Shown: piece after piece, positions 36,400 to 47,788 of the stretch
Numbering within the stretch: the stretch's first letter is position 1
How the letters are laid out: every line of letters starts with the position of its first letter
Source of the DNA: Phoronis australis
Taxonomy: Eukaryota; Animalia; Phoronida
Direction of reading: 5' to 3'
DNA length: 64,000 bases
Assembly: GCA_002633005.1 (NCBI GenBank)
Contig: NMRA01000530.1
Span: forward strand, 117,349 to 181,348
The notes under the pieces: model-generated
The model's input: only the letters and a program-made list of their open reading frames with translations
Told to the model about the DNA's origin: nothing
The model's database searches: none
Program-made: the position numbers and the translations under genes

Positions 36400-39300
36400 G
36401 TAAGTTCGTGGACTGTATTTGAGTACATGTGCTTTACTTCGATGGTAGTCGTCTTTTCTGTACGTTAATTAGTTTGATGCCGAAAGGCGGGAGCTCAGGT
36501 CAATGTTTTTCAGCGTCTGGTTAGGAAAGTTAAGTAGCCGGTATGATGATTTTTAAATGTTTTGTTCTATCCCAGTTTCTCTACTGTGCTTTAATCTGGC
36601 ATTTTTGTGGCCAAGTCAATACACATAAGATTGAACGAGTCCAATGTAGGGCCCTGCGATTTGTAGTTGATGATTTTTCTAGCTCATATGAAACACTAAA
36701 CTGAGAGCTAATCTGCCTACTTTTGAGCTTGGACTAGACGGAATGATTCTAAAACTCTTAAAATAGGCTTTCAAAATTTTGAACCATGCATTTGTCACCC
36801 CCATTTGTGTGGGACCTCACAATTCACAGGACCCCATATAATTTGAGATCATCAAATAGGACAAACATTGCTCAGTGCAGAACCACTCGGTATGGTCTAC
36901 GTGATCTTTCATAGCCTTCGTTATGCCCCGCTATGGCTTTGATTTGTGGAATTCTTTATCAGAGGAGGCAAGATTGAGCCTGCCTTTAAAGTCTTTTGTG
37001 CAGTGTGCAAACGTGGATTGAGCCTCCTTGTAAGTGCAGACTCTGCGATATCTTGAATCATACATAATCTCCTCTCCTACGGTGCTTAAATTTGCTCAGT
37101 CTTAACCTTGTATTTAGTATTTTAAATTTTGTTTTAATTTCATATATATATTTATTTTATTTATTTTATAACTTATGTATTTATTTTTCAGTGTACTAGC
37201 CTAGATGGCTAATGTTTTTCCTCTTGTTTCACTTAACCGACTATAAATAAAATGACTGGACTTGACTTGATACCATTAATATAATGACTAAAAATGAAAA
37301 TGTCCCGAGACGAGTGTTGACTTCTATCGCCGGCCTAACCAGCCAACTAGCTGTATGAAGACTATCGTCAAAATACAGCTGGGAACCACTGTGTGTTGAG
37401 TAGTTCCGACAGACCTCGAAATTGCACTCAACCCGGATAGTTTTGCTTGTCACCTTGTCGTGAGACTTCAACAAATAGTAGCCTTGGCGCAAAGCTGTAA
37501 TTATATACATACCGTACATGTCTATAGCTTTTCACCGATGTAAGTAAAAAAACTGACCAGATAAAATCTGACACAAAATTAGTGTCAGCAAAAACTATAC
37601 TCTTCCTTGAGTTAATTAAAGTATTTATCAGTGTTGGAAAAATCGTCATTCTACCATTATTCTACTGCTAAAATTGTGGTACGATCTTTTGTGTGGACTT
37701 TTGGCGCCTTAAAATATTACGTCACCTATTGACCTGTTTCTTTTTTCGCCGTTTCTTTAATCAACTGTGGTGTATTCATGAGTTTGCGTACCCATCCCAA
37801 CAAATTATTTGAACTAATTTCACTTCGTTGTAAGTTTTTAGAATTTTGATACCAGCAAACCGAATTTCAGAACAAATTGCTGCGAAGGTGTTGTCATCTC
37901 CCGAGAGACATGGCAAAAATTTAGGAAATGGCATGTACCACATGTCACGAGCGTACTGTTTCCAAAACGACGACATACTTTTCATTGTTACAATAGGCGG
38001 AGAATTAAGCAAGAAACTGACATTTATATCAGATTGTTTTTTACTTAAACGGTTGTAGAAGGCAAGGTGAGTGCCAGTTGACTCCCAGATTTTGCATGCA
38101 CCCTCATCAGTCTAGCTCTGTGTGTTGATACAAGTATCATGGCAAGGTGACAAGCAGAACTTACCGAGTTGTGTGCAATTTCGAGGTCTGTCGAAACTGA
38201 ACACGCATTGGTATCTAGCTTTGATGATAGCCTTCATACAGCTAACTGGCTGGCTACATGTAGAGCTATTCGGGTGCATGCAAAATCTGGGAGTCAAGCA
38301 ACACACCTTGCCCGTTACAACCATTTAAGTGAATAACAACCTAACAAACGTCATTTCCTTGCACAATTCTCCGTCTTTATGAAAAGTATGTCGTCTTTCT
38401 CAAAACAATATGCTTCTGACACACGCACGCTTCATGTCCTAAATTTTACAACATCTCTCCGGAGATGGTGACAGCTTCGCAGCATCAAAATTTGGTTTCA
38501 AATTCATTTGTTGCACTCATTACGTAACTCTCAAATCTGATTCAAAATTGATCCTTGAATCGGAAAGGTTTTCCAATTAGTACTATTTTTTACAGTCTAT
38601 TATAGACTTCTGTCAAATACTATTTCTACCACTAGTTGCTACACAGCTTTTATTTGTCGATTCCTTATGTACGCCAGGCATATGTAACTTTGCAATTGAC
38701 GTTTGATCCCTAAACTGAAACTTTCTGAATGTATGATCTGTGCTGTCTGCAGAAACCTGTGGCCTACTTAGAAATTACTTTTCCAACAAGAATATTCAAC
38801 ACTAATAATAGTTTTCAAGAAGGTGTATTCTCTGAACATTCAGAGCATCATGTTGAGGATAACAAACTGATAGTTCAGTGACCACGTATTGGAGTGACTG
38901 GTTGATGGCAATATTCCTCGTACTATATGTTAACTTACTACTTGCCTCTTTTTTATTTAGTACTATTTGTGGAGCTCTGGCAATGTTAAAACCATTACAC
39001 GATCTGTTCTACTACAGTTAATGGAACTTCAAAACAAGAGAGGGGGTCGAATTAAGTTTCAAGATGTGGCTAAGCCTGAGACAAGCGACTGGGAGAATGC
39101 GACAAAAGCCCTGGAAGTGGCACTGGTGTTGGAGAAGAAACTAAATCAGTCCTACATTGACCTTCACAATGTTGCTTGTAGCAAAGGGGATGTTTACCTG
39201 GAGGATTTTTTTGAAGGTATAATTGAATTTAATTCATTCCATTGAATCTCTAGATCTTAAGCTAACTTAATTTTTGTAAATTGTAGTACAAGATTTGTGG

Positions 39301-41483
39301 CAAACAGATTTGGTTTATTTCCTAGTGGACATATGGACCTATTTGTCCCATTTATTAATTGCCTAGCATTCAACCCCAAGTCCATTTTATGTTTAGCCTG
39401 TGAAATTTGCACAATGCATCATGAGTCTATAGATTAATAATTTCATGTCACAAATATTACCAAAGTCAAAGAGTTTCAATGACATGTTGTGAACATGCCC
39501 TTTAAATGAGGTTCCTTCTGCACAACTGATTTTGTCTAAATTTTTTCAAGCTCAGCTTCTATTGTGAGTCAGTGATGCATGACATAACTGATCAGCCATG
39601 CTGGAAACTACTTTCTAATGAATAGCTTAAGGCTTGGTTTCTTATTGACAAAATGTTATTACTTGACCAATTTTGAAAACTCAAGAACCCACATATTAGT
39701 CAAATTTTGATTCCTCTATTCAGATTTTATGGTTTCCATCATTTTTCATTGCCCAAAAAGAAAATGGAAAAACAGAGCGGGGATGCTTTCAAGCCTTTTA
39801 CTTAGTTATGATCTGATACTTAACATCAGTTACCTTCATTATGTCACCTAGTGAATAGAGTTTTTCTATCGATGACCTGCCCCTGGCCATAAGGCCCTTT
39901 CATAGTGACTTAACTTCAGTCTCAGTGGAGCATCAACTTTAAGTGCGAAGTTAACTGAAATGCTCATATGGACTTTGGTAGTTAATGGACATCGAAGTAA
40001 ACTGTAGGGGATGTTGTAATCGCAAGAAAGCGTTTATATATCGCGTGCACGCTAAGATCTTTTTTAATGTGACAATTTAAGAACATTTTCATGCTAATTG
40101 ACATAAAACTTATTTCTACTTCAACTGGTGGTTATTCAAATATAAGCAACTCTTAGCGATGGGGCAGAAGTTGACCATTGACCCTCGTGTGAAAGTTTAA
40201 AAAGTTGTTTTTCTTGATATTAATCAAATCTCGTGCATACTGTTGTAAAAAATCTTCCATATTCATTCAATTATTCCAGAAAGTTCTGTCCACATGCAGT
40301 GTGTCTGTGTGAACTAAAATTTCCTCAAAATCAGGCTTATGGAGCAAGTTCGTGAACATTTACTAGGCCAAAAATACCAGAGGTGATCTGTTTTTTTCGA
40401 AAATATGAAAATTTTGTAATCCATATTTTTAAAATGAGAAACTCTCCAAAGGTAATTATTTCAATAAAATGTAACAACTATGAATATTCTTTTTACAAAA
40501 GAGTTACATGGTGCCAGCTAAAATGGATCCGAATACTTTCCCCAGCATCACCTGTTGCCACCTTTAATGAGTCGGGGTCCTTCTTTCCACGAACTGAAAT
40601 TGTTTGCAATCCTTTTTTACCCAGCGCCACCTGATGCCAGCTTTGAATTTTAGGTTTCAAAATGAGTCGGGCATATACTAGGCGTGCACTCGGTGGACCT
40701 AGTTGCTTGTCGAGAAAAGCAAGAACTCGCAAGATTTTCGGAGGCATTGCCGTGTATTACAAGCGAAGCACGTAATCTTAATTTAGCTTTGCTGTGAGAT
40801 TGTTGCAACTACTAATGCTATCCAGAAACAATGTTATGCTATTTTGTTGGCCTAATACAATGTTAGTCCTAGTATGGTAAATTGTTGTTTGGTTATATAG
40901 CTTCATGCTACAAACCATGCAAAAGTAAAGTGAATTTTTCTGAAAAGTTATTTTTGTTGAGAAATTTGACAAAATGAAATTTCACCTGTCCACCATATTG
41001 TGACCCAAACTGAAGAATGTTTACTGTACTAGTAGTACCTTTTAGTTTATTTAATATTCACTGAAATTGATTTCGATTCATCGTTCCGTGATCAACAAAA
41101 TAATGTTTCATGAAAATTCCATTGATTCCCACATCCCAAACTTATCGTTCTTCATTTTAGGAGGTAGAAAAACACTGTGTAATTGACCTAGTTTTTTATT
41201 AGTGATTCGCGCGGCAGCAGTGTGGCAAGCGGTTCACAGATGCGCAGCATTTCGGGTAAATACGGCGGAATCAGATAGCGGGCTCAGTAGAATTGTGATA
41301 AGTAGCTATTGGTCTCTTTGCTGATAAACGTTTTTCTCCATTTCAGATCATTTCATGGAGAAACAGGTAGATACTATCAAACAGGTTGGAGATTACATCA
41401 CCTCTCTAAAGAATGTTGGTGGTTCTGGCACTCTGGGCGAGTTCTTGTTTGACAAGGAGGAACTTCAAGAGTCATTGAAGTAG
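36208..41483 (+). CDS. ferritin subunit, cytosolic, 175 aa, atypical ferroxidase centre; exons 36208-36399, 39018-39216, 41347-41483
   Basis: Spliced product reads [27 protein letters not shown]...RDDVALPGF...QNKRGGRI...[11 protein letters not shown]...[10 protein letters not shown]. Junctions GTAAGT/ctacag (phase 0) and GTATAA/tttcag (phase 1); TAG at 41481-41483. Confidence 0.95.
37335..38258. mobile_element. repeat family B: MITE-like element with ~135-bp imperfect TIRs in ferritin intron 1
   Basis: 37338-37475 is the reverse complement of 38125-38255. A further inverted fragment follows at 38270-38500, and a lone TIR fragment lies at 63058-63170. Confidence 0.75.
39018..39216 (+). CDS. 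ferritin exon 2
   Basis: [12 protein letters not shown]...LEDFFE; ctacag acceptor and GTATAA donor. Confidence 0.95.
41347..41483 (+). CDS. ferritin exon 3
   Basis: [45 protein letters not shown]; ccatttcag acceptor. Confidence 0.93.
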
Positions 41484-44400
41484 ATGGACGTGCGCATGGC
41501 TTCTTAAGAACAGGTTCTTGAGTGTCGAGGTGTCTAGTGATAACTGCACAATGATTAGTTTTGTTGGAATGTATTGCAGCGTACAAAATCTAGCAGTGAA
41601 ATTTGGGCTCCTGAATTAATCTAATGATGAATACTAAACTTAGATGTGAGCTTAAACAACATGACCAATCCGCAGTCAGGAGATTGTCTGACTTACATTA
41701 ATCAAAAGCCCGATAATTGAAATATTAAAAATTCTAGTTAGCTTGAAAATGTTGTTACAGATTGTTGATAATTGCTTATTGCTAGTATATTTTTGCTTCA
41801 GAATTTATGTTTGCCCTAATCTGCGAATCGTATTCAAAGGGGATCCCATCCATTTCATTGTTGTTTTTGCCATAATGCAAATCAGTGGTTATTTTTGTTG
41901 TATTTCAATTTTATTCATTGTTTCCATGCCCCCCTACTGTTACGCGTGTATTTAATAAAGTGATGATGTCTAGCAGTTGACATGACAGTCTTGAAATGCA
42001 CAATTACTGGCTGATTGAGATGGAACAACAATGACCAGCTGAGAATGCAGGAAGTTGACAGTTACATCTACTATGTCATCTCACTAAGGTCAATAGATGA
42101 GAAAATAATTATGTAAACATGTCTTAAGCTAACTGCTGAATTGTAATTTTGATAAAAGTAACACCAAAATGTTGGCTTCCCCTGTATATTCCATCAATCT
42201 CTTAAGTTAAGGCGCACAAAAATGACTTCAGAGATTTAGTTTTTTATTGGAAAACAATTCCATGACTGAACAGTTGCCACAAGAAACTCAATTCCTTAAC
42301 ACACACCATGAAGTGCTACAAATTTATGCTGCACAATTGAACGAACTCAATACAAGGTACTTTTAGTGTCTTTGCCATTCAGCAGACGGACCTCCTCTAT
42401 GACTATTGGTTAACTCAGGTGTTCTTGTAAGATGCATGTAAGCAGCTTATGTTTGTTTGGCATTGTCATTATCTGGATTTTTTTAGGTAATCGTTCCTCA
42501 TTTTACATCTGCTTGACACACAGGAGTTATCGGTGTAGGGGTTTATGGGTCAATTCTAGTGGGCAATGTTCTGTTACTTGTTGAAATAGATATAGTGAAT
42601 CAAATCCAAACTTCTGGGGTAAAGGTATTTTATTGAAAATGTGACTGGGTACTCTGTGTGTTTTGCATGTTGTTTTAATTCCTTTAAGTTCTCAAATCGA
42701 CAAGTGTCTACTCAGATACCCAGTGGAGTCACTTGAAGGTATTGTATCGAGTTGGAACAGATTAAGAATACACTCAACTTATGGAGAGATTTTCATGTAG
42801 CAGCCGTGTGACTAATCAGGTGGAATGGGTACTGGTGGCCTCAAAAAGACGAGGCAATTCCATTTCTGTTAAAAATGCCTCAAATCTAATTGCATACGCA
42901 GTAAATGTTTTCACAGAGGTAAATGTGTTCGCCTATGCCACTTGCTGGGAAGAAGTACGTTGTGGTACAGCCAGGTGGCCATAAGATTCACTAGTCCCAT
43001 GTGATCAGTCACCATTGCTTCTGGAGTCTCCTGTTGTGTTGAGATCTGTGGTTTTGCTTGTGTTCATTTCCTCGGGACCAGTGTCGTGTAATATTTCAAC
43101 GGAATGCTACAGATTGTAGGCATCTTCATTTTAGGTTTGTATAAAAATCATCGACGTATGGTAAAATTTCATCAGTTTAGGACATGATGTGGCAGACAAG
43201 TGACAATTTTTCTCTTTTTTTTGTAAAATATCAGTAGCATCAAATCGGCGCTTTATAATTTTCAGGTTCTGTACCATAGCTATTACACAATTTTCAAATA
43301 TTGTAGACATTCACAACAATGAGAGAAGCATTTGGAAAATGAAAAATGACTATTTTGGCTATTATTCAAGTCTGAAATTGGTGAGATTTTGTCGAGTCAT
43401 TAGTTGTCTCAAGTTTTGGAAACTTACGATGTCATCTGGTCCAAGTAGAATTGCAAAAAAACAAAGTTACCAGTTGCAAACATTTTAAGTCTTGTCAGCA
43501 CGCCATCTATTGGCCACATGTGGCTTAAAGACAAAATGTTTGCAACATATGTTCCACGCCATATTAAGATTGAAATATTCACACACAAATTTACTAGTGT
43601 TTGCAATACTGTGATAAGAGTTGATGTTGCGCTAGATACTGTAAACAAAATGCACAATGTCGGGAATGATTTCAAACTTGACAACAATGTGAATCACTGG
43701 TGGTGACCCAAATTTCTATTGGAAAAGATCAGCTGTTTTTGTTGTCAGTTAGTGCCATATTTGTGCAATAGCATGGGCAGGTTTGACTGAATGCAATAGC
43801 ATTACCCAGTTATGAAAATAATGAGGACGTTTGCTGACTCAGCAGTAGAGAGTAAGTAAACAGTCCTATTTGTCATGTAATGGGGTTGCTTTTAAGGTAT
43901 TAATTACTGGTATCAGAAACGGGGAGTAAAGCTTGTAAACTTGTGATTTCGGCTTTTTATGATGTCAGTGATCTGATTGGATTATGAAAACCTTACATTG
44001 AGATATGCATGTATATCGCACATAGTCTTTTGACGCACATGACTAGTTCTCTTCATATTATATTGTCATGTGTTTTACCATTTGACATTAGAATTATATT
44101 CTTTACACAAAGCTGCTATTGTACTTCTTTATATTTTCTGTTGCTGCCTTATTTTTGGAAACATTTTATTAGCACCGTATCTGCATGTTTGTTGTCAGAA
44201 ATAAAATTTCTGTTTATTCACCAGATGTGTCCCGATTGAATTTTTAATATTACATACGTCACATACACAGTCGTACACTGTATAGTAATAATAACAGGAC
44301 TATGATCTATTGCATTTTCCATGGGGGAATTTTGTTTGTTAGCAAGTACAGACAGCGACTTTGATTAGTCCCAAGATTTGCCTCAAATGTAACCTGGTGT

Positions 44401-47400
44401 TACCAAGGCTCGGTGTTTTGATTGGTTAACAGACACCATCTGAAACTGTGTCAATAATTTGCCATATACGCACATAGTCCTTGGCAATTTACTGATAGTT
44501 GATGCGCACTCTGAGCTATGGAGTGAGTTGAAAACCTGGTCGTAGCTAAGGTGGTCGTAGCCGCGTTTCAAAATTTGTGACACTACATTATTGAGGACAT
44601 AGCGTCGGAGGTATTACGTTGAAAATTTGTCATATGACTGCCTTCAGGAACAGCATTAATGAATTGTGCAAACCAAATCGAAGTTACAACTAGTATTAGA
44701 CTCGCAAATTTTATGATAAAACAGAACCCTAGTCGTGTGTCAATACGGCTGAAACGGTAGTCTAGCTCACAAACCGTATGTTAATCATAAAGTAAAACAA
44801 TAAGCTAATTGTCCATTTACATGCCACTACAATTGCCCAAGTAATCACTGGTGAAAATGGTCGGACTTTGCTCACACACCAACACTAAATTGTGGATTAT
44901 TTTGTTCAGTTCTCGGTACCAATGCTCGCTTAACCCCAGACACCGAGCTTTCTAGATTGGTCTCGTGACACGAAAAACATTAAATATGTAAAATGCCACA
45001 TTCACCCATTTTTCACTAAAAGGCGCATGTGCCAAAGTTTCATTACCTTGAAGGGCAAAAATTGCATCAGAAAAAAACTTGTGAGTTCAAAATTTAAGGT
45101 AAAGTTTTACTGGAATCCAAAACAATAAAAACAACCAATGTGTTTACATTGAAAAATTAGTATTTTCAGAGTAGAACCCTGCAAAATACTTTTTAGAATA
45201 ACTATATAACAATAAATTTGATTATTTTTCATTACTTAACAATTCATAAACAAGAAATAAATCAACCAATTTCCACTCTCCAGTATGACGATAGCACAAG
45301 TCAACACCTACCTCACGTTGCTTAGCCACCATCTCTGAATTATCAACTAAAATTCAGTGACACTGGACCTCAATTGACCAATGACTAATTACGGTCTGCC
45401 ATACAGATTTACAGATAAAGTGACATCAAATAGCCATCACATAGCTTCACACTGAGCAACAATTTCTAAACAGCAGTAATATAATAAACACCAAGCTAGA
45501 CAAAGGAAAATGCATTCAGAAGTCATTCTATATACAACAAAGTTAACATGATTACACTGAAAGTCCACAAAGACTGGTCCTATCTAGTATAAAAATGTGA
45601 GGAATATTTATACAAAACCCAAAGGGCCATGCATCAGTTGTGAAACAGCAAATCAATATTCCAGGCAATGGTTAACATGTTCCAAATAAATGAAGTGAAG
45701 AACAATTTAGTCTAGCTCCCACAGATTCAAGCATTACTTTATAACACTTTTTAATAATGATCACAAATTTGTGTACTTTTAAGAACACCGACAACATTGG
45801 ATGCTGATGAAGGGAAACTCGAAAAATCATTAGATGTCGCTAGTGAAGCCACAGCCCTTGCCTCAGAAATGCCTGCATTGAGGCAATCGCATGGGTTCGT
45901 CCATTGTTACACAAACACCAATGCTGCTGAGTTGCTTTCAGCTGTCAATCTATTCAGATGCCAAATAGTAACCTTTATTCATCAGCGCCACCTAGTGAAT
46001 ATGGAGTCACCCACTGAATCAAGACACTACTCAACATCAGTTATGCCTACATTCGCTTCACTCAAATGAGATTTAAATATTTTTAAGAAATTGTGTAAGG
46101 CATATAATCAAATTTCTGAATTTAATATTGAAGTCAATTTTCATGAAACAAACTCCAGGAGGTGGCAAGACACGAAACAGTCAACTGTGTTTCAACGACA
46201 TCACAACTACATAACAAAAAAAACACTGAATGATCAACCCAGATGGCGCATCTACATTGTTTCGTACTGCACTGTGACAGCCACCAAAGATTTCAGGCTC
46301 TATGGAAAATGATCAATAGCTGCCAGTAGTTTTCTTCCATTGCGTCTTTACATATACATGCAAATGGCAATCCCCAGATGTCACAAGGAAAGGTCCCCAA
46401 CCTCGATGTTAAACAGGTAAATGTTCCTGACAGAAATAAAAATGGCGCCATTGTTTTTTGTGATTATGTCAATGGGGCACTCGGTTCCGATGCACCCTTC
46501 TTGATCCACGTACAGTTTAGTTAAGTTCACATTAGTCAATCCTTTTTCCTCACAAACCATTACTGTTTTCTGGAGAACAGCAGCAGTCTTGTCTCGCCAC
46601 TGTGCACAAGAAAACAACACTGTTTGTGAGTACATCCATGAGGTTCATGGGGAAGGAAGACAGGCTAGCATGTAGCTGGTTTTCTGAACTGAAATATAGG
46701 ATCTGCTCACCCAATTAAATGTAAAAGATTACCTTCATCAACAAATAGTGACTTTCTTAAATAGTTTTCAAGTATAAATACACAGTAGTAGACTCATACA
46801 ACTGCCTTTTTCAAGCCTTTGATATTCACAGAATCTTATTTTGTGCACAGAAGCAATGCCAGATGTGACTCCGAGCCCCTTAGCGACAGGTTTGTAATCA
46901 GGTTGTTGCATTCTCCTAAAAAATTGTGATGTTTCACAGAGATAGTCATATTTTCCAATAACAGAAAGTTTTTGCCTGAAACTTGCAAGTGATGTTTCTT
47001 TATTCTACTAGCCACAGAAGCATGTCTGGGATTTTCTGTTAAAGCCTTTCAGCCAAGAGATGTTTTTTTCAAAAAATGTTAATTTCTGACAATAGACTTC
47101 TAAGGCAAAAAGGCCTTTCACAGAAAGTCCTACATACCATGTACCTGTCTGGCTTACTGACTAACTAAAAACAAAATTCGAAAGTTTCATGCAGAAAAAT
47201 AAGTTTGTGGAAATGATGGTGATTTCTGACTTTTTTCAAAAACCTCAGTCATAATGCATATTATTTTAGTGCACATTGACTCTAAGATGAACAGGGAGTT
47301 GAAAATATATAGTTTTATAGGTCTACTGTTACTACTTAAAAATATATTCAAGAATTTTAATTATTGTTCACAAGTTGGGTTGGCCCGTTGCCTTTAACAG

Positions 47401-47683
47401 ACTATACCAGGTTACTACAGCAACAGAACATAATATATTCTTGCTACGTTGACTTGTAGCCTTAACAACATCAAAGGTATTCCTTAGGGTGGATTTTCTT
47501 TCAATATATCATGGAAAATATAATCAGAAAAAAATGACATTATCTGGCCTTAATAAGTTGCACAAAATGGACAAAGACCTTGAAATATTTAAAGTTTGAG
47601 GGGTACCAAGTACAAAACAGAGAATACAATATTTGCACCTAAAAGTTGCATTACAAATATGTTCATGATGTTGATGGATTTGT

Positions 47684-47788
47684 TCATGGCTTCAACGTCG
47701 TCGTACTTGTTGGCAAAGGTTTATCGGAGCGTGTGCAAGGCCAGTCAAGGCCACCGCAGGCCGCCGAGACAATGAAGTACAGCACTAC
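47684..47788 (-). CDS. VAMP7: VAMP7 terminal coding exon (VVLYFIVSAACGGLDWPCTRSDKPLPTSTTTLKP*)
   Basis: tttttcttccactag acceptor; TGA stop. Confidence 0.93.
   Translation of the reverse strand, partial: VVLYFIVSAACGGLDWPCTRSDKPLPTSTTTLKP

Noticed and set aside
42000-47600. Additional gene between ferritin and VAMP7
   Set aside because: Only short motif-less ORFs and isolated splice-like sites; the composition fits the VAMP7 3' UTR plus decayed repeats.
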